From Epithemia pelagica (Eukaryota; Protista; Bacillariophyta), in contig OX337232.1 in the NCBI GenBank assembly GCA_946965045.2, positions 2,108,001 through 2,172,000 on the forward strand: 64,000 bases of DNA, given 5' to 3'. The position numbers and the translations under genes are program-made. Positions within the stretch are counted from its first letter, which is position 1. Each line of letters starts with the position of its first letter. A model generated the notes under the pieces. It was not told the DNA's origin. It searched no databases and was given only the letters and a program-made list of their open reading frames with translations. Of this stretch, positions 1-12,854 are shown piece after piece.

Positions 1-714
1 TTCAGGACTGCTCTTAGGAGTTCTGTCACTGCATCCGGAAGCGAGTCTTTCAACACCGCAATTGGAGCTAGCGGAATATCCGAGATGACCCGTCTAAAGA
101 GGGTTTCATTCAGCGATTCCTCCACGTCTTTTACCGATAACCATCCCTCGACAGATCCTGATTCTCCGCTACCATTCGTTACTCCACCAAAACAGTCTAT
201 GCCGACCCGTGGCATATCAGAACAGACCGAAGTACACAGCAACAAAAGTCTGGAAGCTTCTGAGGGCCTCGGCGTCCAGCGCGAAGTAGGTCCTTCAGAC
301 AACCGTCTTGCACGAATGGAGAATATCATGGAGCAGTTGCTTGTTTTCAGCTCGGAACAGGCACTGCAAAATATGAATACGAGGTTGGCAGCACCGACAA
401 CTTTGGGAAACAATCAATCTCTTGTGCAACAGATCAGTAGTTTGCAATCAGAACTGGAACGACAGAACGCGGCTGAACAGAGGGCACACCAAGAAATAGA
501 GGTGCTTCGGGAACAAGTGTCGAAGCTGACGGAGATGGTTACAAATATCCGATCGCCTATTCCAGAAGCACGTAGTGATATTGTGTCAGCAGGACCACCC
601 GAAATGGGAAGGAATCAAGGAGGAGCTACAAGCCCTGAACCTGACGTTGGAGAAGAGCTCAGTGATGACCTTGAAGACCTAAATGGGTCGTGGATGAAAG
701 CCGGAGAAAACTGA
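1..714 (+). CDS. 3' part of a gene entering from the left edge; Ser-rich/coiled-coil protein of unknown function
   Basis: The frame of ORF 85..714 is open from base 1 (FRTALRSSVTAS...). It contains heptad-like segments (SSLQSELERQNAAEQRAHQEIEVLREQVSKLTEMV). No recognised domain. Confidence 0.6.
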   Translation, partial: FRTALRSSVTASGSESFNTAIGASGISEMTRLKRVSFSDSSTSFTDNHPSTDPDSPLPFVTPPKQSMPTRGISEQTEVHSNKSLEASEGLGVQREVGPSDNRLARMENIMEQLLVFSSEQALQNMNTRLAAPTTLGNNQSLVQQISSLQSELERQNAAEQRAHQEIEVLREQVSKLTEMVTNIRSPIPEARSDIVSAGPPEMGRNQGGATSPEPDVGEELSDDLEDLNGSWMKAGEN

Positions 715-1421
715 TGAATGACGGAAAAAGTTTATGTAAATACGAAAAGGAACTCTTGCATTGAGTGCAACAGCACTGGAATCGTCTTGTGGAAGGCCGA
801 GATGTTTTAGATGGAGATGAGAGGACAACTGGAACAATACTCATAGTCGACGTTTATGTATTTCCGGTTAGACTACAAAATAGTTTCACGATTACATTAC
901 AGTATAGGAGAAGTACACTTTTTCATGAACGGTCGACGCTGTCCGATCCCGATAACTTTGAGCTGCATGATCCAAAGTTCACGCCCCCAAGCCACATGTA
1001 ATTTACAAAACCACATCTATCCATTTCATGTTTGCTTTCCTTATACCACAGCTTAAATCATATGAGCGTTTAGGATAGGACAAAGATCTTTGTCAGTGGT
1101 GGCCTCCAATATCAAGTGCAGCGGTCCGGTTTCACCGATTCACTTGCCCCCAATTGAAGAGAAACCATTGATCAAAACAAGTTAAAGCGTCAAGGGAACA
1201 ACTACCGTTGTTGTGACCCCGAATTTGTCCGTTGAGACGCTTCTACAGCCTTGCTCCTCCAGGAAGGGAACAGGTGAGTGTTTACCGGGTTTCTTCGTCG
1301 CACACGACGGATTTCGATGCGTCGATGTCGTGATTGATACAAGTGACACGAATCCTTGTCTTTGCACACCAATTTGGGCCTCAATGGAAGCTCTTTGGAT
1401 ATGGTTCTTGTTGTATTAGTT

Positions 1422-3291
1422 TCACTTTCTTTTCGTAACCTTTTTGTTATTAACCACAATCCTTGCAACCGGCCCATTCTCTAATCTTTCGGCCGTTACT
1501 TCCCATGGTTTGATTTTAGGCACCTCGGAGAAGGGCCACGGCGTCAAGGGATTTGTGGTGTTTGTCTTGTTTCCCGTTTCGGAATGCCGTTCCAGTAGCC
1601 AGGTGATGGGTTCCCCACCAAGCCATAGGCTCCCATCAGTTTTGAATTCTAATCCGCGACGACACGCCTTGCTGGTAGTCACTTGGTCTTGTTCGCAAAC
1701 TGGTCCATGAATGGCCCATTCCAAGTCTTTACCTTTGTAGTAGAACACCTTGCCGGATTCGACCTGCAAATAGGCATCATCGCAGTGTCCAAAAAGGCTG
1801 TTCAAACCGCATTTGCTCAAGACAATACCAGGAGAAACCACATGTCCAGGTTGTATTGGCGTTGCGACAAACTTGTGGACATAGCTCAGAAAAATGGTAA
1901 CCATGACAACAAGAATGGATGCAAAAACCAAGGATCCACCCAGGTGAACACGACTCTTGGTCACAAAGCTATTGGGAACCTCCTCTCCCTGCGGAACAGT
2001 GATTTCACGATTGGCCATGCCATGTTGGTGCAGGAGGGGAATATCAATGCCTCCGGCCAAAAGCTGCAGAAGCGACGTTACAAAAGGACACGGGGTTTGA
2101 GTGGTGGTCAAATGTGTACAAAGAAAGAGGACAACAACACCAAGTCCATGAACAGGGTCGTCCACCTACCATGCCTGCAATTTTGGGATTCGACAGAATT
2201 TGTCGTGCGAGACGCGCTGCTTCAGAGGCCGAGATCCCTTTCGGAATACCTGCCAATATATCATTGCCCTGACAAAACTCTGCCAACAACTGGGTGGGAG
2301 GCTTTTCATCTCCATTTAATGTGACAATTCCATCAAAGTGTTGTCCTCGTAAGGACTCGACTGTCACACTCTCGGGCACTTGTTCCATAATATCCGACAC
2401 CATGGCACGGTCCGAGTCAAACTCCAACTGCAACAATTCGAACCGTCTCGTTCGGATATCCATTAACAAGAGGATCATTCGAAGAAAGAACTTTTCTTCT
2501 CCTTCATCCGGACCTTTACTGGCGTCCTGAGAGGCCCTACTCTTGGCGGGCGATGATGGAGTCCGGCGTGGGGTGGACGCCGATGGTTCATCCACCGTGA
2601 CATCGTAAATGGTGGAAACGTCATCGTGGCCACCACCTCCAACACCAATCGATGAAACTGGAACGTCCTCCGCATGAAGATCATTTGTGTCCGCCGATTC
2701 TAGTACCTTTTCTTCGCCATTGTCGTCGTCAGGGTGATTGCTGCTGTTGTGGCTGTGGTGGCTCTTTCGCCACGTTGATCGTCGAGAACGTGATTCGCCC
2801 TTTAACAATCCACGAATTCGCTTGAACGACTTGCGCTTTTCGGATTTATTGGAAGACCGTGTGGCTGTTTCAGCGGAATCTGTCGGATTTGGAGGGGGTG
2901 CCTCCGTGTTTCGTTTTGGTTTCGGACTGGACCGTCGAAGGGAGGGGATGAATCGTCTGGGAGAATTGGACCGAGAACGTTCGGAAGGAGTGCGCGAGCG
3001 TTTGGAAGACTTTCGAGATGAGGATCGTCCTCGAGAGGGAGTCTCTTGAGGAGCTTGTTCTGCAACGGTGCTACCACCATCGCCGCTATCAACTTTCTCG
3101 TCTTTTGGTGCCCCTGGTGTTTCGACTGGAGGAGGGACATTTGCTTCCGAGGGAGTTTGGTCCGGTGACGACTCGGAGGGAGCCGCCGATGCCGTCTGCG
3201 TGTTTTGCTCCGCAACAACAGCAACTCCTCCTTCACCACCACCAGGTTCGTTGGAGCTCTCTAGAGGATTGTCCGATTTGGTCGACGCCAT
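1422..3291 (-). CDS. Hypothetical membrane protein (~587 aa), 2 exons (3291..2170, 2063..1422); low-complexity N-terminus, one TM helix
   Basis: ORFs 2044..3291 and 1422..2165 join in phase 0 via GT-AG intron 2064..2169 (ATG|gtaggt...ctgcag|CTT). TM segment LVFASILVVMVTIFLSYV. Confidence 0.75.
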
Positions 3292-4391
3292 GCTTTCCCT
3301 TCCCTTCTAAAGATCGGTCGGATTCTCTCTCCAAGTTGCAAAGGCGAGAACACCAACCATGAAAAAAAAGTGAACCGATCAGCAAAAATGAGGCCCTTTG
3401 ACTCTGCAGTTCACTCATAGTACATTTTAGTCTATAGTAAAACCAGACCGGTCATCATCGGACATCTGATGAGCGGCAAAATCCAAAATCCAAAATCGTA
3501 TCTTTCTCTTTTTTCTCACACATCATTGCTTACGATTTTCTTCGTCATGGCTATGTGGCTCTATTGCCAATAGACCACGATGAAGGAATACAGAGTCCCA
3601 CCCCTCTCTCCACATAGAGGGTTGCACCTATTAGATTTCATGGCCATGTCGGTTTCGGGGGATGTGCTCTGGGACTCATTCATATGCAACAACGTTCTAT
3701 TCCAAAAGTCTCTTGTCACCTTGCCTTGAGGAATACTGACTTTCACCGGGACACAACTGACCTCTTGTTTTCTTTTTTCCATCTACGCAGATGTGCATCC
3801 TCTGTTCGCGCAATAATAAGCAATGCACTATCTTCTGTTATCCTCTCCTTTTCGTCAAAGGCATACCCGAGCCGATATATGCTTCATACAATATTGTGTG
3901 GCGCCATTGAGTTGCAGCCATTCTCATAGCTTCAATGGGATCTAGGAGTAACTTATTGTCGCAAACTAGTAGCATTTGTTTTGTACCACTCATACCAAGA
4001 ACACCAAAAAGAAACAGGAATACTCGTATTGACCATTATTTACTGGTTTCGAATTCCATGTTCTTTCCTGGGAGAGCGATTTGCCTGCGGGAAAAAAATT
4101 CCACCTAGCAGAGCAATGACGGGACTAAACCTAAACCCCTCCCAGCATTATATCTTCAAGTCTACGCAGTCATGATGTATAGCAAGCTCCAGTTAGGTCG
4201 TTGTTTAAGGTCGCACCACGCACTCATGTTCGACATGGTTTTCTCACCCGGTCGATGTTTGATGTAACTTGGCAAGCCAAATGAGTGGCACAGCCTAAGG
4301 GTCTCTAAAACCTATTCAGTGCGCATTGACAATCGAAAACAACATGTTTGCATAAACAAATTTCTTCCCATTTTTACCAACAACAATGATC

Positions 4392-7300
4392 CTATTGCGT
4401 GAAGTTAAGAGTTTGCTGGGTAGCTCCTCCCGCATTCTGATAGCGCTCCGGAGGTCGAAGTTTGAAAATCTTGAGCTGTGGATCAGGTTGAACGCCTGTC
4501 AAATCTTGCGGTGTGATGAAAATGAACTGGCGATGTTCCATCTTTTTGGCCATGTAAATAAGAGACTTGATGGTGAGTTTGCGTACTTGAGGATCCAAGA
4601 ACACGTCAAACTCATCCATAATTCGGAAAGGGGTCTCTAGACTCTCACCAAGCGCCAAAAGCAAACAAATAGTAGTAAAACTTTTTTCGCCACCGCTCAG
4701 AGATTTCACATCCTTGGTTTGAGAGGATTCAACTGCAGCACTTCCACTCTTTTGGACTCGCAAGTCCAGAGTCTTCTCGTTGTGATCAAACGTCAGGTCA
4801 CCTGTATACTTGTTTAAACAGAGCATTTCGGTAAATTTTACACCCGTTTTGTCGTCCAAATGTTTTCGGAATTGTTTCCAGCGCTTCTTTCGGGCCTTCA
4901 TATCTGCCTTGAGTTCCTTAATCTGGTTATCGATGCTCTCCACCTCTTGGGTTTTGTTTGCGATTTCTTCCTGCGCGTCTTTGTACGCCTTATAAGCCTC
5001 CTCCATCGTCTCGTCAAGAATCCTCCGATTCTCCTTTTCTTTTTCAACCTTCTGCTTTGCGCGTTCAAGTCTTGGTTCAATTTGTTTCGGATCCTTGTCC
5101 ATTTTGTGAACTTCAATTTTAGCCAAGTCCTCCTCAGTCGGCTCTGGTAATTCCAATCCATCATCCAAAGGGACACCCTCTTCGATCCCAGAGTCCCTTT
5201 TCATTTTTGCGTATGTCAAGCGATAATGAAGCACCTTGGCCATGTGAAGGGCCTCCTCCATTTCGGCAGCAATCCCATCAATTTTCGTTTGATGCTGAGC
5301 AATTGCGGCGTTGTATTTTTCCAATTTCTCTCTTTTCTTTTGGATCGCATCTTTTTTCTGACTTTGGGTCTCCAGAAATTGTGTCATCTCGTTTTCCGCC
5401 GCCTTCAAATCATCCAAAATTCGTTCGTTTCGGATGGTCACTTCATTCAATTTCGATTTGATTTCCTCAACTGACGGTTTCATTCCTTCAATTTCATTCT
5501 TCATTCGCTCACAATCAGCAGCAAATTTGGACGCCTCTTCCTCACGCTGTTGAACCTCTAGAAAGCAATATTCATCAGTGTTGTGATGGAAGTTATTGTC
5601 CTCGGTCTCTGAAAGAACAAGCACTACTTACCATCCTCATAAACACTCGTATCAATAGTTGCGTTGGGAACGGCATTTTCAATCTCAGCCTTGATCTGAT
5701 CTATTTGAGCGATAAGATCATTCATTTTCTTGTCATTGCTTCTGCGAGCTCGGTTTGCATCATTCCATGCCTTAGTTAATTTGTTGTGCTCCCCCTCCCA
5801 TTGATGCTCTTCTTTCGTTGCCCGATCGAGTTCAATACCGAGCTGTTCAATTTCACGCTTGGTGGCCGCGATTGCTTCCGATTTGTCAGCGGAAATTGTT
5901 TTCCGCATCCTCCGTTCATTGGAAATTAACGAAGTCTGCCCACCTCGGACCTGCCACATGTCTCCCTTTGGCATGAAATATACCTGGGCGATCTTCCCAC
6001 CACGGATGGCGGCGCGGCCGTTAGCATCCGTTGTCAGCAGTTTTGCTTGACTATCATCCTTAGATCTGCCCAACGCAATCTTTTCAATTCTACAGTTGTC
6101 CACAAGGCAGTTGAAAATCAGATCACTTTCAATGCTAAAAGCCGATGCCACTGTTTCAATCCCATTCACTGGAGGAGAAGGCACATTGAAGCGAGAGTTG
6201 CTCCGATGAACTTGGAATATACCACAGTCCTGTAGACAACCACATTTGCGACGGATGCCTTGTACGAGCTTTCGATCTGCATCGTTTGTCACGACAAACC
6301 GATCCAAAACACCAGAACCAAGAGCCAATTCGCCAATCTCTGCGAACTCTTCCTTCCCAGCCGAAATCTTGAGGAACTCTCCTATAGGTCCCTCGACTGG
6401 TCCCCGAAACATTCGCCGCTGCTTGGCTATAGTGACACGATTGGTGAGATCAACGAATTTCTCATAGAAGCGGATAATACAAGAAAGCTTACCATCTTCG
6501 ATCATCTTGTGCACTTTGGTGACACGTGGTCCAAACACGGCCATAGAATTATTTCCCGAAGCTTCAAGCCCTTCCAGCCGACGTTCAACACTACCAAGTT
6601 GTTGCTCCACGCTTCGTGTTGCTTGGCGAGCCGAAGTCACGCGGGTTTCTGCTTCCTCTGCGGCTTTTCTCGTGTCAGAAAATTTTTGTTTCAGGGAGTC
6701 GACGATGGACTTGGCCTCCTCCAATTCGGCTTCGGCCGCTTGCAGTGCTTCGGCACGCTGCGCTTCTTCTGACTCGTTAGACCCCGACTGCCTCACCAAT
6801 TCCTCACGAACCTCCTGGAGTTTTGCTTTGGCATCGGCCACTGCTCGGTTTGCCTGTTGATGTCGCTTTTGAAAACTGGACAATTCGCGCTGGCGCTGTT
6901 TGAGAGGAAGTGTCGTTTCCTTCAACTGAGCTTCAAGGTTGCGTTTGAGGTCAGCTTGTTCGCCTGCTTCATCACTTAGATCTTTAATGCGCTGTGTTTT
7001 CTCGCGGCCCTCATCGTTGGGTCCATTCGCTGCTTCCTCGGCTTGAGTCAACTCTTCCTGTTTGGCCTCGGCCTTTTCTTTAAACTCACTTAGTTTGGCC
7101 AATGCGCTTTCATGTCGCTCCTGGTGACTCCCATGGATAGACCATGCGTACTTTAAGGAAAGTTCTTGGACCTTGTACTCCAGTTTTTCGAGTTCTCGGT
7201 GTTGTTCGTACTTTTGACGGAGACGATCTACACGCTCCATGGAAACTGCAAGGGATTGAGTCACTTTCTGCTGTGTCTCCATCAGTTCTTCCAATGTGTC

Positions 7301-8371
7301 CATGGTAGCAGAATACACACGATCGACTCTTTCCAACTCTGTGGCTTTCAAGAAAAAGCTATATTTGTCAGAGGGCTTCCCCTGGAGAAACTTTTTGGCC
7401 TCTTCTTGATCAAGGACTGCTACAGGATTTTCGACTTGAATGTTGCTGCAATATACCAAGAAACGGGAAAAAGAAGAGTATGAGAGACGAACCATATCCA
7501 TCACACACTGAAACATTTCTACTTCAGGAGCACAAGCATAATCCTACATAACCCATCACGGAAAGAACAAAAGGCCGCGGCACTTACAGCATATCAAGCA
7601 TCTCATGCAAGTCTTTCTTGTCTCTTGACCTTTCCTTCCCACTGCTATCGAGCAGTTTGAATCCACTAAATCCTCCGTGAAGTGCTATGGTACGTTCCAC
7701 TGTGACTTCATCACCATAAATATCTGGCTTGTATCCATCGGTACCTTCATTCAGAACAGTGACCCGAATCTTGGCACATGAAGGAACGCCACCAGAGGTT
7801 GCTTCCTTTCGGACCAAATCCTTGAGATTTCGGGCCCGATTGGTACGTCGGGCGCCCGCTCCCAAGCAAATCTGCAAGGCTGCGAGAATCGCTGATTTCC
7901 CAGACCCATTTTGACCATGAACAAAGTTCACATTTCGACACAAGTCCACCTGTAGAAAGAATGTGAGATGCAGCAAGAAACTTTTCCTTTCCGGCAATTC
8001 GGACTTACCGTTAGCTTCTGATGGCACATGAAATTCTCCACATACACTCTCTTAATTACTCCTGCCTGGGCACTCTTTCCGGGAGTGTTCAATGCTCGAA
8101 ATGGTGACCCTAGAGATGCCCGTACAGAAGGATCCCCTGACCGCTCCGTTAATCCAGCTCCAATATCACCGTTCGCAGATTTGCGACTTCGAGAAGAGCT
8201 CTGTGAACCTGCATGGTTCTCGATATTCTCACTGTCATGGATTTCTTCATTCTCGTCTTGTTCCTCGTCGTCTTGAGAAAGGCTTTTTCTTGACCGCTTG
8301 GAAGGGCTGCCCACGTCTTCCTCCTGCTCAGGCAAGGCCCTGGATCGTCGCCTCCGGGAAGAGGTAGCCAT
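4392..8371 (-). CDS. SMC6: Structural maintenance of chromosomes protein 6, 4 exons (8371..8009, 7949..7588, 7445..5632, 5557..4392)
   Basis: Walker A HGQNGSGKSAIL, long coiled coils with hinge (GPIGEFLKI), signature LSGGEKSF and Walker B PFRIMDEFDVFLD. Three GT-AG introns (7950..8008, 7446..7587, 5558..5631) restore the frame. Confidence 0.95.
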
Positions 8372-8858
8372 GGTCAAATGATACAATCACACCACGAATG
8401 CTCTCTCTCGCTCGGCAGCAGATTCTTTGATGCCACCGGTTTGCTCGTTTCCGGGCTGGTCCGGCGTGATATCCAATGGCGCGCACATGCTGACCGCGCA
8501 TGGACCGTCTCTCATGAATCTACTCCCAAGCGAAGGTCGATTCATGAGGGCCTCGTTTGTTCATACTGAGTTCACAAAAGATCTTATTCACGAATCCGTA
8601 CGACTCAACATCCGCTTGGGGGTAGCCATGAATCAAAGTTCGCCCTACGCCTTCGATCAAAGGGACGGACAAATACAAAATCTTGACCTGCACAATTGAC
8701 CAGATCTCTACCTTGTTACATTCGAATCCATTTTTATGTAGAAGATAGACTATTACTGGACTGACTTGTGTCGAAAAAATCAGGTTATTATTAATAGGAA
8801 CATGAAAGTAACAAGAGCAATATCGGGTGAATGGTATGTTTAATGAGGTGGAGCTGCT

Positions 8859-9599
8859 TTACGCAGTTTCGACAACTTTTGGTTCTTCGTAGTTCATGTA
8901 GTCGGATGGAGCAACATCAACCTTGGTGATTTCCTTTTCGGCCGCAAGACGGCGGAAGGCAGAGAAGTAGGTGATACCAAAGATTGTACAAGTCAAATGG
9001 GTCATGTAGAGCAAAACTCCAAACTGTCCGTACCATCCATCAGCATCAAGCTGTGGAGCATCGTCGTAGACGGCACCGTTCAAGCCACCAATGTAGAGCA
9101 TGGAGATGAAACTGTAGTTGGCAAACATGAGACATGTGGCCGAGACTCCGTACAAGCTTCCTCCAAGGACGACAGCGCGTCTTCCGTAGGATGTCAACAT
9201 GAAGAGAACACAAATGGTCCAGATGTAGATAACGACCAGTGTTGGGTTGATGCCGTACTTGCTTTTGCGTTCATCCTCGGTCCACAACCACCACCACGGT
9301 GCTTCGTTTTCAACCTCTTGATAGTTTTGGGGTTGGTATCCCTCGTCACAACCCCATTGCCACCAGTAACATCCGTTTCCGTACTGATATTGTCGGTTGG
9401 CTTGGTTCGCTTGATTGTACTGGTTGTATTGCTCGTAATTGGCTGCTTGCTGATTCTGCTCATTTTGGGCCTCGTAATTGTAGTCCGAACCGCTGTTCGC
9501 CATGCGAGCAAACACGAACACAGCAAGTGGGACACCAGCGGTCAAAATGGACGCGAAGGACCATACCAAAAGGAATTTTCCGTCGTTGTAAGCGCTCAT
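8859..9599 (-). CDS. Multi-pass membrane protein of unknown function with a Q/N/Y-rich loop
   Basis: ATG-started 246-aa ORF with about 4-5 hydrophobic helices and a YNQ-rich, WWxW-containing loop. Confidence 0.8.
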   Translation of the reverse strand: MSAYNDGKFLLVWSFASILTAGVPLAVFVFARMANSGSDYNYEAQNEQNQQAANYEQYNQYNQANQANRQYQYGNGCYWWQWGCDEGYQPQNYQEVENEAPWWWLWTEDERKSKYGINPTLVVIYIWTICVLFMLTSYGRRAVVLGGSLYGVSATCLMFANYSFISMLYIGGLNGAVYDDAPQLDADGWYGQFGVLLYMTHLTCTIFGITYFSAFRRLAAEKEITKVDVAPSDYMNYEEPKVVETA

Positions 9600-9669
9600 G
9601 GTGTTGACGACTTTTTCTCTTGCACAAAGGAGAAGAAAATAAGCCGAGTGGAATGCCCACTGGATCCGC

Positions 9670-9682
9670 TTGGCGCGCCAAA
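9670..9682. promoter_or_regulatory. Palindromic E2F-like site TTGGCGCGCCAA(A) about 70 bp upstream of the 9599 start
   Basis: 12-bp perfect palindrome containing the canonical E2F octamer TTTGGCGC on the minus strand (9675..9682). Motif match only. Confidence 0.3.
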
Positions 9683-10705
9683 CAAGATTTTACGGTGCAG
9701 ATGAACAATGCGGTGTCGTGTTTCGTGTTAGTGCAATGGATGCATCCTATCATTCCAACACGAGCGAACAAATGAGCGAGACCACCTCTAAGTAATACTT
9801 ATCCAACAGAAGCCAGAGAGGGATTTTTAGATCATAGAAAAGATAGACGTTAAATCACCGCTAATCTACTTAACGACAACGGCAAACCCGTGCCAAATAT
9901 CTACCAAACCGCGCGAGTCGTTTAGGCAATGGTTCTAGTTAAGCTTTTTATTGTACAAAACAGCGAAGGGAATTTCCCATCTTAAAATATAATTAGGAAA
10001 ATCACGCCGGGGGACGCTACCAGAGTCCACATTTCGATGTACAAATTCAGATCCAATCATGTGTCCCCAATGGGTGGCTGCTTCCCTTGGAAGAACAATG
10101 AATGATGAATGCACAGCACGAGATGTTAACATGGGAAACCCTACGAGTATGATTGACACGTGTGGTGACCAATTCGAGTTGATGTTTTGATTTGAGTTAT
10201 TGGTTTACCATCATTAGTCTTATCAATCATACACCATATCAGGTGCTCTATTGCCGTCGTGTTGATCTTACCACTAGAACTCTTTTCTGGTGTTGTTGAA
10301 ATATCCAAGCAAATGTGGGTAGGAGTACGATATACGATGAAGCAGCAAAAACACAATGTCGTTGCTGTGTCGAACTGTTGACATTGACTCGGAGCTTTGC
10401 GTCTTCCGTCGAAGACGAAAGACCAGCAACAAACACTTTTTTCTTGTCACTCGAGATTCTTTGCATCGCCTTCCAACCGACACGCGCACTCTGGTGGGAA
10501 GCATGGACCTGCACGCGCATCCTCCTGCGACTCTGGAGCGTCTGCATTTACACATCACTCATAATCGGTCGCTGCAATAGAGTTTGGAATTTGGAATTTG
10601 GAATGACGCGGTCGACACCGCAGAAACAAGAGCTGGGTTAGTGGAAGCAACAAACCTGCGAGGTTTATTGCAACGAACATTCCAAAAACAGTAGCTGTTT
10701 ACATT

Positions 10706-12453
10706 ATGGTGAAATTGATCTGGTTCAGTTTGTTGGTGACGCTGTTGACTGCGTGGGACAAGAGGACAGATGCATTTCAGTCCCAGTCGGTGACGACACA
10801 ATCAAATAGAAGAATACGGATTGAATCACCGCTTCTGCCATTGGCATATGGACATTCTGTGAGAAGAGAACCAAGTCCCCATGGGGGTAGGTCTGTTTCT
10901 GCTACAAGCAGTCGGAGGACAGCCCTGAATGCAGTTCCACCTTCCTTGTTGGCTTTGGCATCGTCACCTGCTGGAGCAGTTGTGGTTCTTGCAGGTATCA
11001 TTCTCATTCATGAGTCTGGACATTACTTGGCTGCCCGAAGTTTCGGTATGGAAGTCGAGGAATTTTCGATAGGATTTGGCCCAAAACTCCTTGGATTCTC
11101 GTCCTTGGGCAATGAATTCAACTTGCGTCTTATACCGTTGGGAGGATATGTGCGGTTTCCAGAGAATTACAATGCAACAGAATATGAAGAATTGAGGAAA
11201 CAAGCCTATGAGTCAGCGTTGGCCCAAAAGAAACTTTCAAAACAGCCCAAACCTACCCTTGGCTTTCGTATTGCTAATGCCTTGACTCTGGGTTCACTGG
11301 AAAGGAAAAGCAAGGAAGCGGAAGAAAGAGCTGCCGAGGAAAGGGTGGATGCCTACAATAAACTGCCTTGGTGGGGCAAACTAAAGGCGATTCAGAACAA
11401 ACAAGCGGAAGAGAACGAATTGGATGTTGAGGAGGTCCAAGTTCCTTATGATGACAACCCAGATCTTTTGCAGAATCGGCCATGGCCACAACGAGCGGTA
11501 GTGATCAGTGCTGGTGTGGTACGTTCAAATTCATCGGCCGTCTTGCCTCTTGTGTTATCTGCTCTCATCACCACCTTGTTTACATTTAGATTTTCAATCT
11601 TTTATTGAGTTTCTTCATCTACTTTGGCGAAATTGGTGGTCCCACTGGACTGCCAAGTCCAGTATTTGAACCAGGGGTCAAAATCGGTGCCATTCCTCGA
11701 GAGAATGCAGCGGCCAAAGGGATTCTGCAAGCGGGTGATGTGATATTGCAGGCGAACGGAATGCCTGTTACAAAGTCGGTCTCTCCGTCCGTTCTGGAGG
11801 CCCAGAAAGGGATGGACGACTTGATCAATACCATCCGAGCCACTCCTGACGGACAACAAGTCGAACTCTCCATTCTTCGGGCGGGTGGTGACTACGCGGA
11901 GACAGTCCTCTTGCAGCCGGAACGAGCCATGCGACCCGGAGACGCGGACGCATCAGGGCCACAGACCATTGGGGTCCTCTTGACGCCCAATAATGTCGGA
12001 AACAAAATTCTCAAAACAAGCGACCCTGTGGAAGCTGCGCGTCTGGCGTTTGATTACACTTACCGACTCACTTCCGACACTGCTCAGGGGGTGACTCAGG
12101 CTCTCTCGCAATTCGTTACGCCTTCAGGCGGCAAAAGCGGAGGAGGCGGTGGTGGATCGGTATCTGGTCCGATTGGTTTGATTCGTACAGGAAGTGAGGT
12201 CGTTGCGACTCAAGACGTTCAAACAGTGTTGTTGTTCGCAGCAGCGATCAGCATCAACTTGGGTGTCGTTAACGCCCTACCACTTCCTGTCCTAGATGGT
12301 GGGCAGCTCCTCTTTGTGTTGGCCGAGGCGATAACGCGGAGGAAAGTGGACCAACGAGTACAGGAGGGCATTCAAGGCTTTGCAGCCCTGTTTCTCTTAT
12401 TTCTCACGGTATCTGCGACCGTGGGAGACATTTCCAGCATCTTTGGACTCTGA
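10706..12453 (+). CDS. rseP: RseP/ARASP-like M50 intramembrane zinc metalloprotease with PDZ domain, probably plastid-targeted; 2 exons (10706..11518, 11590..12453)
   Basis: HESGH (HExxH), EEFSIGFGP and RLIPLGGYVRF motifs, a PDZ-like region, and NALPLPVLDGG. Signal peptide ending TDA-F. Intron 11519..11589 (gtacgt...tttag) joins the two ORFs in frame. Confidence 0.93.
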
Positions 12454-12854
12454 TCAAGTCAAAAGACAACTATTTTCCGGTTATCACACATGCTACCAAG
12501 GCAACACTCTCCTATGAGACGTCATTCCATCAAGCTAACACATTCACTGCTCTGCATACTCCCATATTTAAGCTGATTATTGTACTACAGTAGAAAACTT
12601 CACAAATGATTGGCTTGTGCGCACGATAGGATATCTGCCAGCTTTTCATTCATTGCATCTGGCTGTTATAATATAATGAATAGTTTCCATGTTACTTTGT
12701 TTATGGTGTCATCCTGATCTTGCTAAGGTACTCCTTCATTCATAGGATAGCGGACATAGTTACGGCGACTGTGCCGCGATAGACGCTGATGGCCTCCCAG
12801 CTCGTCGTCTGACCACTAATTCGACAATGGATCTTGCGCACCCACACGATACGA

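Noticed and set aside
8997-9704. 235-aa plus-strand ORF
   Set aside because: Antisense shadow of the TM gene at 8859..9599; no motifs.
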